A stretch of 61,737 nucleotides of DNA, filler included. It is 8 parts of 8 records of this genome, joined end to end, with 100 filler letters (N's around TTAATTAATTAA, not from the genome) between each part and the next. Parts side by side here need not be neighbours in the genome. Positions count along the whole stretch, not along the records: positions 1 to 6,700 come from SRR31147125_82136; positions 6,801 to 11,890 come from SRR31147125_82157; 6 more parts are not named here. One strand, given 5' to 3'. Below the pieces are notes generated by a model. It did no database searches, was not told the origin of the DNA, and saw only the letters and a list, made by a program, of their open reading frames with translations. The stretch's first letter is position 1, and every line of letters begins with the position of its first letter. The position numbers and the translations under genes are program-made. Shown piece after piece: positions 1-9,800 of the stretch.

Positions 1-72
1 AGTGGCGAAGGGACTTGAACCCCTGACCGAACGGATATGAGCCGTTTGCTCTACCGACTGAGCTACGCCACC
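1..72 (-). tRNA. tRNA with CAT anticodon (probably elongator tRNA-Met; Ile2 not excluded); 3' discriminator/CCA cut by the window edge
   Basis: Reverse complement folds as a cloverleaf: GGTGGCG acceptor / CGCCACT, D-arm GCTC..GAGC, anticodon arm AACGG-CTCATAT-CCGTT, T-arm AGGGG-TTCAAGT-CCCTT. Lacks the initiator hallmarks (3 G-C pairs in the anticodon stem, C1 mismatch). Confidence 0.93.
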
Positions 73-144
73 AAAAATATAGGACAAGGGCTACTATACC
101 GATGAAATAATATCATGTCAATAATTTAACTATAAAAAGAGAAC

Positions 145-615
145 TCAGAAATCAAAGTCTGCGCTGAGAATTCTCCATCCGTCTTGAGTCTCCTCAAAAA
201 ACACTTCCCCGGTAATTTCAGCTGCTTCAGTATATATCCTAATCGGCATACTGTAGATCATTTCAATATTCTTGATTTCTCCGCAAATGTAACTTTCCGC
301 TGGCAGAACAGCCCCAAGAGTATCTGCATGCAGAACAGAAAACATAAACCCTGTATCAATGGATACTAACTGATCCAGATTTTCGAAAGAATCACTCTCT
401 AGCAGTAACCCATCCAGCAATATCTGAAAATCTATTCCGCGTTCTGAATCAGAAAGGTTGATAATCTGCCCGATTACCTCATCAACTGGCAAAATATTCT
501 TGGATTTCACTGAAAACAGCATATCCCTGGTATTCATAGCTTCCTCACCAAACAGTGGAAAGACTGCTGCACATAAAGAGATAATGATCACGGCAACTCT
601 AACGGCTTTATTCAT
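145..615 (-). CDS. hypothetical secreted protein
   Basis: 156-aa ORF with an N-terminal signal-peptide-like segment (MNKAVRVAVIIISLCAAVFPLFG); no recognised motif. Confidence 0.6.
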   Translation of the reverse strand: MNKAVRVAVIIISLCAAVFPLFGEEAMNTRDMLFSVKSKNILPVDEVIGQIINLSDSERGIDFQILLDGLLLESDSFENLDQLVSIDTGFMFSVLHADTLGAVLPAESYICGEIKNIEMIYSMPIRIYTEAAEITGEVFFEETQDGWRILSADFDF

Positions 616-764
616 TATATTCAGTTAATACAATATCAAACAACTTTTCAATAGTCAGCAGTGCAGAAATCGTATAAAGAATCGGCAGATATAGATCGGA
701 TTAATTAATCCGCCAAAACTTTCATCTGGACAACTCCATCCAGTTGCTTTACTATAATTCTGCT

Positions 765-2087
765 ATGCGTGAACATATATTGTCATATTTGCAAAAAGAC
801 TTTACAGAACCAATTCGTGATCCTCTATGGAACAATATTCACCTGACCCCTGGACTGATGAAACTTGCCTCAACGGAATCCTTTCAGCAGCTGGGAAGAA
901 TTCGGCAGCTGGGACCGGCATTTCACGTCTACCCGGGAGCGGTACATACCCGATTGAATCATAGTTTCGGGGTATTTCACCTTTCAAGAAAGTTGATCAC
1001 TTCACTTATTATTCTTTCAGATAATAAGCATGTCGATGCTATTGGTCTTACCCTGAAGGGAGTAAAATCTTTTCTAAGTGCCGCGCTGCTGCATGATATA
1101 GGGCATTTCCCTTTCACGCATTCATTAAAGGAACTCCCGCTGAAAGATCATGAACAATTGAGCGGTGAAATTATCCTTGGTGAACCAGACATAAAACAGG
1201 CTCTGCAGAATGATATAGGGGCTGATCCTGAAATGACTGCTGCAATCATTGATCATGACTATATCCTGAATAACTCGCACAATAAAACAGACAGTGAACT
1301 AGAATTCTACAGAAAATTACTGTCCGGCCCTCTGGATCCTGACAAGTTGGACTATCTGAATCGTGATGCATCATTCTGCGGTGTTCCTTATGGAATCCAG
1401 GATGTGGATTATATTATTGATCGGCTTCGGATTGTGGGAAACGGACAGCTTGCTGTATTGGAAAGCGGTACTGGGGCAATCGAGCACTTGCTTTTCGCCA
1501 AATATCTCATGTACCGTAATGTCTATTGGCACAAAACAGTAAGAAATGCGACCGCGATGATTAAGAAATCACTTATTCTGGCCCTGCAGGACGGCCATAT
1601 CCAACCGGAAAAACTCTACAGGCTGGACGATGAGCAGTTCAACTCCCTGTGCACGGGCAGGCAATGTGACGGAACATCTCTCTGTCTCATTCCAAAAGTC
1701 ATGCACAGAGATCTTATGACGGCTGTACTTGAAATCCCGTTTGATGAGAACAATTCTCTGCACAGAAATCTTGAATCTCTTTCTCAGAGAAATTCTATTG
1801 AAACAGAACTAACTCATGCGTTAAACTTTGCATTCGGTACCAATTTGAAACCTTGGGATATCATTATCGATATACCTGAAAAAATATCTTTCAAGGCAGA
1901 AATTCCGGTTCTTGCAAAAAATGGTTCCCTGACTCTGTTCTCAAAAAGCAGCCCGGTATTTACCCAGCCGGTAATTCGGGGGTTTACCGAGAGCCTGCGG
2001 ATTATTCGACTGTTTATACCTGATGAACTATCTGAACAGGAAAATCTGATAGCTTTTCTGAAGCAGGAAATGAGTCAAATACCGTAA
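765..2087 (+). CDS. HD-domain phosphohydrolase, SAMHD1/YwfO-like dNTP triphosphohydrolase family
   Basis: Motifs IRDPLW, RIRQLG..VYPGAVHTRLNHSFGV, LLHDIGHFPFTH, DPDKLDYLNRD, MYRNVYWHK; ATG at 765 preferred over the upstream TTG. Confidence 0.88.
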   Translation: MREHILSYLQKDFTEPIRDPLWNNIHLTPGLMKLASTESFQQLGRIRQLGPAFHVYPGAVHTRLNHSFGVFHLSRKLITSLIILSDNKHVDAIGLTLKGVKSFLSAALLHDIGHFPFTHSLKELPLKDHEQLSGEIILGEPDIKQALQNDIGADPEMTAAIIDHDYILNNSHNKTDSELEFYRKLLSGPLDPDKLDYLNRDASFCGVPYGIQDVDYIIDRLRIVGNGQLAVLESGTGAIEHLLFAKYLMYRNVYWHKTVRNATAMIKKSLILALQDGHIQPEKLYRLDDEQFNSLCTGRQCDGTSLCLIPKVMHRDLMTAVLEIPFDENNSLHRNLESLSQRNSIETELTHALNFAFGTNLKPWDIIIDIPEKISFKAEIPVLAKNGSLTLFSKSSPVFTQPVIRGFTESLRIIRLFIPDELSEQENLIAFLKQEMSQIP

Positions 2088-2115
2088 TTCAATTTCTCAT
2101 ATAAAACGAGGATCT

Positions 2116-2889
2116 ATGACAGCACCTGATAAACTACCTTATTCTGAGCTAATAGCCGGGGAAATGCCGCCCTGGGTTCACCGATTCATAAAACATACAG
2201 GAAAAGCTATCAATAGATATGGGATGATAAAGGCTGATGATCGGGTTCTTATCGGTGTCTCAGGAGGCAAAGATTCACTGGCACTTGCTTTAGCACTATC
2301 CCTGAGAAGGAAATGGATGCCGGTAACCTACCAACTGGATGCACTGCATATCAACTGGGAAGAACACCCGGTTCCTGAAGATCGTATATCAGAAATTGCT
2401 GATTTCTTTGATGCACTATCAATAACTTTCCGTTCCGTGAATGCCAAAATGCATGCAGAATCCTTTAATGGAACTTTTAACTGTTATCTCTGTTCCAGAA
2501 ATCGCCGCAGGATTCTGTTTGAAACCGCGGATGAACAAAATTATAAGTTAATTGCGTTGGGGCATCACCTTGATGATCTGGTGGAAACATCTATGATCAA
2601 CCTCTGTTTTCGCGGCAATTTCTCCACGATGCTGCCGGTGCAGGAATTTTTTGATGGGAAACTCCATATAATACGCCCGATGATAGAAATACGGGAGCAT
2701 GTTACGGAACGGTTGGCAGAGGCTTATGATCTTCCGGTTGCTAAACCTGTATGTCCATATGATCAGACAAATATACGATCCAAACTAAAACCAGTGATTA
2801 AAGATTTATGCAGAATTGACAAATTAACACGCGAACATATCTACAAAGCCCACAACTTGTCAGAGCATATTCAAAAATTTTCTCATTAA
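2116..2889 (+). CDS. ttcA: tRNA 2-thiocytidine biosynthesis TtcA-family PP-loop ATPase
   Basis: PP-loop SGGKDS, CYLC, GHHLDD, IIRPM, C-terminal CP; GAGGA RBS upstream. Confidence 0.82.
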   Translation: MTAPDKLPYSELIAGEMPPWVHRFIKHTGKAINRYGMIKADDRVLIGVSGGKDSLALALALSLRRKWMPVTYQLDALHINWEEHPVPEDRISEIADFFDALSITFRSVNAKMHAESFNGTFNCYLCSRNRRRILFETADEQNYKLIALGHHLDDLVETSMINLCFRGNFSTMLPVQEFFDGKLHIIRPMIEIREHVTERLAEAYDLPVAKPVCPYDQTNIRSKLKPVIKDLCRIDKLTREHIYKAHNLSEHIQKFSH

Positions 2890-2962
2890 TTCAGTATTCT
2901 CTGAATCATTCAGTATTCTCTGATAAATTCAGTATTCTCTGAATAATTCAGTATTTCTCTGA
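2889..2962. repeat. 19-bp-period tandem repeat, 4 copies of ATTCAGTATT(T)CTCTGA
   Basis: Copies start at 2889, 2908, 2927 and 2946; each unit has TCAG..CTGA inverted ends. Confidence 0.9.
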
Positions 2963-3238
2963 ATAAATTTCCGTCTGCTGAATCACTATTTCAGCCTCAT
3001 TTTCCATCATCTTGATAATTTTTTCCATTACACGTTCTCCGTGCTGCCTGGAATTGGTAACCAGAGCGCAGCCGATTTGAGCAAAAGCAAGTGAATCATT
3101 CAGGTCCACCTCGGCAGCAGATACCGAGAATTTATTGATTATTCGTTTCTTCAGAGATTGGATAATCCGTCTTTTATCTTTTATTGACACCGTTCCTTCG
3201 GGAAGTTTCACTATTGTTTGTAACATAGATACCGTCAT
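2948..3238 (-). CDS. DUF503 (YlxP-like) family protein
   Basis: 96 aa with SIKDKRRIIQSLK..KFSVSAAEVDLND pattern. Confidence 0.85.
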   Translation of the reverse strand: MTVSMLQTIVKLPEGTVSIKDKRRIIQSLKKRIINKFSVSAAEVDLNDSLAFAQIGCALVTNSRQHGERVMEKIIKMMENEAEIVIQQTEIYSEKY

Positions 3239-3335
3239 ATTGTTAGTATATATGAGATTACACGTTTGTATAGAGACAATATTTTTTGCTTTTATACCAT
3301 TTTTTCTGTATAATTATCATAGAGAGGGGATTACT

Positions 3336-4685
3336 ATGAAAAAACTTGTTTTGATATTTGCTTTGATTGCAATTCTGCTTATGCCGGCTGCTGCTGCAGA
3401 CGGAGACTTCAATTTTGAACTTGATTTTGGGATTGAGTATTTGACCGTAGATAATACATCACGAATAGCACTGAACCTTATGCCGGACATTTCAGTCGGT
3501 AAATTTGGTGTTGGTTTGAATGGTATTGTCAATATCGACATGGTATCAAGCGGAGATTTACCTTTTACCGTAAACCTTGACAACTGGATTCCCGATTTCT
3601 CGGAAGATGTCACATTTATGGATAAAGTCCAGACTGCTGCCGGATTATATCTGCCTGTTTTTGAATATGTCAGATATGGCTATAAAGGCGATCCTATCCA
3701 TGTAAAACTTGGTCAGCTGGATGAAGTAACGGTGGGTTCCGGTATGTTTATGAAAAACTACTCAAATATGCAAATGCTGCCCGAAACACCGATTCTGGGA
3801 GGAATCCTTGACTTGGACGGCCAGCTTTTCAACTTCCCATACATGGGATTTGAGGCAACTGCCAGCAACCTTGCCGAATTTGATATTATTACCGGCCGCC
3901 TCTATGTCCGTCCGTTGGCGTTTGTTGATTTTCCGGTAATTAAGGACATTCAGCTCGGCGGTACGTATGCAGTCGACAGAGTTCCGGATCTGTATGCTGA
4001 ATTTGCGGTTGCACCAAATATGGTTTCCATGTACGGTGCCGATATCCTGATGCCGCTTGTTGATGCATCATTCCTGGAACTAACCCTTTTCGGAGATGCC
4101 GGATTCCAGCCTGCAAGAGACGGCAGTGATGAAGTTGCAATTGGTTACCGAGCCGGATTCATGGGACATATTCTTGGATTCCTGACCTACAATGGCGACC
4201 TGCTCTTCCCATCAAATGGATTCGTTCCTGCCTACTTTGACAGAAATTACGATACAACCCGTGAGGAGAAATATCTCGACGACGGTATCAATAGTGATAA
4301 TTACTTCCTCAACGCCGGTGCCGGTTTCAGTCTCTTTGATGCGAATCTTGTATTTGATCTGGATATAGCCAGTGAAATACTTTATGAAAATGAAGAATTC
4401 ACAGTAACTGATCCATCAATGACAGCTCAATTTACTCTGGGCCAGGACTTCCTGAAGTTCTTCTATTTTGATGCAGCTTTCCGAAAAGAATTTGATGACA
4501 CCATGCCGATGGGTGAATTCTTCAATAATATCATCAGTTTGTCGAACTCACGAGTTGAGGCACAGGTATACTTCAAATACAGCATAGCGGTTGTCAACAC
4601 AATTATCGCCATTGATTTTGATGAAAATGGTCAGATGATCGGCGAACCGCAGATTGGAGGCGGAGTACAGCTGGAACTGCTGTAG
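3336..4685 (+). CDS. secreted protein, probable outer-membrane beta-barrel (spirochaete-type hypothetical)
   Basis: Start reassigned to ATG 3336 (MKKLVLIFALIAILLMPAAAA signal peptide; GAGGGG RBS); alternating hydrophobic beta-strand pattern, rich in aromatic residues. Confidence 0.7.
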   Translation: MKKLVLIFALIAILLMPAAAADGDFNFELDFGIEYLTVDNTSRIALNLMPDISVGKFGVGLNGIVNIDMVSSGDLPFTVNLDNWIPDFSEDVTFMDKVQTAAGLYLPVFEYVRYGYKGDPIHVKLGQLDEVTVGSGMFMKNYSNMQMLPETPILGGILDLDGQLFNFPYMGFEATASNLAEFDIITGRLYVRPLAFVDFPVIKDIQLGGTYAVDRVPDLYAEFAVAPNMVSMYGADILMPLVDASFLELTLFGDAGFQPARDGSDEVAIGYRAGFMGHILGFLTYNGDLLFPSNGFVPAYFDRNYDTTREEKYLDDGINSDNYFLNAGAGFSLFDANLVFDLDIASEILYENEEFTVTDPSMTAQFTLGQDFLKFFYFDAAFRKEFDDTMPMGEFFNNIISLSNSRVEAQVYFKYSIAVVNTIIAIDFDENGQMIGEPQIGGGVQLELL

Positions 4686-4839
4686 AAGAAACTTTTTACC
4701 TGCATTCTGATAACTGAAATAATCGCGCTGCCATATATTTGGCAGCATGATAGACCTTGTGAAAAATGTTTTCACAGGTAAAATTGACCCGGGGAGTTGT
4801 CTCGGGTCTTAATATTGCTACTACAATTGGGAATTAATA

Positions 4840-6700
4840 ATGAAAAGTAAAACAATCAACATCCTTTGTATCGTTATCATACTGCTTATGGTAACGGGAA
4901 CTCAGAATATCTTTGCGCAGAATCCAACCGACAGCAGTGGAGATTTGTCCGTGGAATTCATAGCAGATGAAAAAGGATCGTTTTTTGTTTTCAACGATTC
5001 AGGTCAGCTTATAACTGATCTTGATAGTGCCGCCATAGTTAAAAAGGGATGGATTGTTCAAACCCTTGAAAGTGCTATCGAGCTTGAAACAGCCGGAATC
5101 GGCACTTTGGTGATTGCACCGAATTCAATTGTATCATTTGACAGCATTGGTCTTGAAGAAGCTTCAATTCTGCTGCTGCGGGGTAGAATGCGGATTCTGT
5201 ATGAAAGCAGTACTTACTTGCTTTCACTGGAAACACCAGTTGCAGTGTACAAAATTACAAATACCGGTGAATATGTGCTTATTTCAGAAGATACTGAGGA
5301 TTTTTATGCGGTTGGCGGCAGTGAGGCATCTGTTACAAACCGCATTTCTGGTCAGGAAAGCACTGTTACCGAAATGACTGTTTATAATCCGCTTGACAGA
5401 AGAGAACTGCAGAAAGAGATATCTGCCGAAATTGCAGAATCTCTTTTGGAAATAGTTCCTGAAAGGGCTGTAGAATTCCCTGTGGTTGAAGTCGCTGCAG
5501 TTCCTGAGCCGGAAGCGGATGTCGCAGTAGAGCTTACAACAGATGAGCCGACAGATGAAGAGATCCCAATAGTAGTCGCAGCTGCTGTTGAGGAGGTTCC
5601 TGCTGACCCTGAACCTGTAGACCCATCTACACCAGACTTGGATGAACTTGCGCCAGAGGAATCCGAAGAAGCTGTCGTAATAGTTGCAGAAGAAGAGATT
5701 CCTGTAATTGCTGTTCCAGAAATTGAAGAAGGGACTGATTCAGAGGAAAGCGTCGTTCCTGCTTCACTGGAACGTCTGGTCCCCACTACTCCTGTAGTGA
5801 TTGTCGAAGAAATTGTTGAAGATGTTGTTGAAGCAGCCGCTGTACCTGAGCCGGAAGCAGTTGAAATCCTTGAAGAACCAGTTGAAACTATTGCTGCAGA
5901 TGAACCTGAAATTATAATTCCTGAGATCGAAGATACAGAGGTCCTTACCGCAACTGATACTGAACCTTCAGCAGAGCCTGATAGTGTGTTGGAAGAACCT
6001 ACTGTACTGGCCATATTACCGCAGCCTGTTGATGTGACAGAACCTGTATTAGCAGCTGAGGAGGAGGCTGAAGAAGAGACTGCTGAACCTCTGGCAGTTG
6101 TTGTTGAAGACACAGTAGATGCAGTAATTGATGAGGCAGAACCAGTTGTCATAGCTGAATCGGAAGCAGTAATAGAAGCAATTGATGCTGCGGCAGATAG
6201 TACTGAAATAATTGAAGAACCCATAACTATTGCTGTAGAACCCACGGAAATAGCAGATATATCTATTGAAGAATCCGATGAAGATCCCATTGGATCTATT
6301 GAAGAAACGGTACCTGTTGAGACTGAACCGATAGATACTGCTGTTGAACTAACAGTAGTTACCGCTGAAGCTGCACCCACGGAGACTCCCGTGGACTCAG
6401 AAACAGAAGATTCCGAAGAGGAAGCTGAACCAGCAGTTCAGGAAATTGTTATTTCAGAACCTGCCCCAATTATCTCATCAGCTGTCGGATCATCAGAAGA
6501 AATAACTGAACAGGCTGTATTAAATGGTGGCGTGGTCATTGAGTCATCTTCCGTAAACTCATTTGAAACCCAGGAATATGAAGAATCATATATACGCTTA
6601 GCTGTATCTCCCTGGATATCATACGGAGATTTCTCTGCAGGTCTTACTTTCCCATTGATGTTTGTTGATTATCCATTCTCAATATCGAACTGGTACCTGC
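4840..6700 (+). CDS. secreted protein: FecR-like N-terminal domain, very long acidic Glu/Pro/Val/Ala linker, then start of a domain resembling the upstream barrel protein; truncated by contig end
   Basis: Signal peptide; FecR-like segment (LVIAPNSIVSF..ILLLRGRMRI..LETPVA); E/P/V/A low-complexity region; ORF runs into the N gap. Confidence 0.7.
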
Positions 6701-6800
6701 NNNNNNNNNNNNNNNNNNNNNNNNNNNNNNNNNNNNNNNNNNNNTTAATTAATTAANNNNNNNNNNNNNNNNNNNNNNNNNNNNNNNNNNNNNNNNNNNN
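6701..6800. other. artificial contig spacer (N44-TTAATTAATTAA-N44); same spacer at 11891-11990, 20734-20833, 31233-31332, 42954-43053, 48761-48860, 54517-54616
   Basis: Identical 100-nt blocks carrying stops in all six frames; composition and gene content change across each one. Confidence 0.98.
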
Positions 6801-9800
6801 CTTCACCACTTCCACTCCTTGTCAATGTTCCAAGATTGAGAGTGTGTACCTCTTTCTTGATTACATTAGTCCCGGCAGTAGCACTCAAGCCAACAACACC
6901 GCCGCTGACACCACCGGTTATCGCAGTAATTCTTGTATCGTCAGCAGCGACAATATTGACAGACGAACCTCCTGTTGAGGTCAATATACCTTTGTTTGTT
7001 GCATTGGCTGAAAGAGTGAGATTATTTACATTAGCAGTGCCTGTAGGAATCGCACCGCCAACCCCAAGACCGGCACCAACGGTACTAGCTGCCACATCGC
7101 CGATAGCTTCAACAATTATGCCCTTACTTGCAGTTATCTCTGCACCAGAATTCACAGTTGCAACAGAGTCTGCTGTAAAGTTATTACTATTGACACTGAT
7201 AGCGACCCCTCCTGCCCCTCCTGATCCAGCGCCTGAGACAGTAATATATTGAAGATCCCTTTGGGCTGATATATATGCTGCCCCATTAGCTGATCTGACC
7301 TTTGCACCGTCTAGAACAGTAACCAGCACCTTTTGCTCTCCTCCGTTCACCCCTATTGCCCCAGACCCACCTCCAATCCCGCCACTGCCGGCAATAGTTA
7401 CCCCTGTATGCTTTCTCGTACCAATAGCAGCAATGGAATTATCTCCTCCTGCATCAATTGTTACTCCCTCATTTATTATTGTTTCTGCATGATTAAAAGT
7501 ACTGGTGATATTGACACCCAGCCCGACTCCTGCATATAACCCAACCCCCAGCCCACCAGCTACAGAAACACCTGTAAATATATTGTTAGCTGAAATAGTA
7601 TTCTTCCCACTGGCATCTATATCAACATTCTTCGCCAGAGTCGTCCTCGCCAGTCCCGGAGTGAAACCACCACTCGTAGAGATAGTCTTTGCATAGTCAT
7701 TCTTACTGCTGACTGTATTGAGCTGAGCTGCGGTAGCTGAATCAAGCTTACTATGTACTGTCGCAGCATTCTTACTGTTACTATTTGTCGCATTGATAAA
7801 GGTGCCGGTATTTTGTAGATGTTTCATTGCATCCGCACTTATAGAGTTACCAAAGGCAACTACAGTTATTGCCGGAGCAACTGCAGCATATTGCCCACCA
7901 CTTCCGGCAATTGAAAAGCTGTCGATATTCGTATTTATATCACTGGCAATAGTTATGTCCCCTGCTGGATTATTTATTTTTGTACTTTCACCAATGTAAG
8001 TATCTGCATGAATCTTTCCTGATAGTATATCTGCTGCAGTAGATATACCAACCTGTCCAGCAGCAAGCATCCCCGCAGCACTGGAAATCTTAGATTGATT
8101 ATTAGCTAATATATTTATATTCCCAGCAACACTATCCCGATATATATTTACTCCAGAACCGACAAGAGTATCGGTTGCTACATTGATAACCTTGGTTGAG
8201 ATAGAACCGGCTACACCAAGATTCCCACCAAATGCTCCACCAACAGCAAAACTATTGATAGCTTCTTCTGTAACTGCAGAAACATCAATTCCTCCTTTTG
8301 CTCTTAACTCCACATTATTTCCAACAGTTGTATCCACATCCTTGTTAACAATACTCGTAGCCAGTGCTGCTCCAGCAGCACCACTGCCGCCAACGGCAAG
8401 AGTTATCGCAATATTCCCCGCTTTAGGTGCGTTTATTGCAGGCATAGTCAATACTGCTGGTGCTCCCAATCCATTTCGCGCAAAGACTGTAGTCGCCGGA
8501 TAACTTCCCGTTGTATCTTGTGCTGGTGCAGTCACTGTAGCTGTTGTCACTCCTGTAATGTTTGCGCCATGTTTAGGACTAAAAGGTGTCGAACTCTGTG
8601 TTATTGTATATGGGTATCCCATCTGGGTTGCAGACTTACTGAGTAAACTCAGGTTACCAGTACTTGCTCTTAGATTACCAACAACTTTGGTGTGAGCATT
8701 ACTATTAATCGAAGAAGCAGCAGATGAAGCAGCAAGTCCGACCTTTCCAGCTGGAGCTCCGCCAACAGAAATATTAGTGATATTTTCATTATTAAGAGTA
8801 ACCGCAGATATCTCAGCTGCCGTTACAGCCGCATTGATATTTGCCTCTGCCTGATTATCAAGAAAGTATGTACTCAATGCCGGCATACCACTACCTGTAC
8901 CAGCAAAACCCACACCAAAGGTATAGAGACCTGTTGTAACATGATTGACTCCAGCAACTCGCACACCTGCATTATCAACAAGTTGTGTATCAGGTGTCAG
9001 CAATGTTGTCCCAAGAGTTGCAATCGCTTTGTTATTAGAAACCACAACGGTTGAGACTGGATTGATTGATATTTTTCCTCCAACAGATCCCCCGAAGGTC
9101 ACAAGGGTGTTATGCTGGTGATTCATCGCCTGAACGGCACTTCCCTTGAGAACACCTTTCTCTAGTAGCCCAGTACTGCTTACAATATTTCCAGTCAGAT
9201 AATCTACTGCATGATTCCCATTCTCTTCAATCTCTCTATTGGTTCCTGTAGCATTCTCTACTTTTGCAGTAGTTGTAAGATTCTGAACAAGCGTATTTAC
9301 AGTGACTCCAGTTGCAACATCAGCCCCACTTGCTCCGATAGCCAGTGAGTTTACAACCTGATCATCTGTCGCCAGCACACTCAGTCCGCCATCAAGAACA
9401 ATTTTAGAACCAGTAAAGACATTCATCAAAGCAGATGTTTCTATATTCATGACATTGGTATTGGCAGAACCAGCAACACTAAATGATTTCGCAAGCGCAC
9501 CACCAGCAGCGATTGCATTAATATGCTCTCTATTGAAAGCATGTATTGAGATATTCTGTAAAGTTGCGACATCATTGTCATGAAGATCAAATACAGCAGC
9601 AGTCTTTTTATTCAAATTATTTACCAGTATTACAGCACCGACTCCTGCAGACCCCGTGCTCAATGCTCCCTGACCAGAACCAGCCACAAAGACAGTATTG
9701 TCAATAGCAGTCAGATTTATGTCTTTACCAGAAGCGATATTATTGCTGCTGATTGTAGCAGCAGTAGTATCAACCTGATTACTTATAATTGCATTTGACG

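Noticed and set aside
744-2889. HD dNTPase plus PP-loop protein as an anti-phage or DNA-modification system
   Set aside because: Both look like ordinary housekeeping family members; no defence or mobile context is visible
2889-2962. Possible mini-CRISPR array
   Set aside because: Units are separated by only 3 nt, with no unique spacers and no cas genes
5382-6380. 332-aa Ser/Thr-rich ORF on the minus strand
   Set aside because: Antisense shadow of the acidic low-complexity region of the 4840 gene
6745-6756. TTAATTAATTAA recurring seven times as a possible biological repeat
   Set aside because: Always centred in 88 Ns; an artificial all-frame-stop linker
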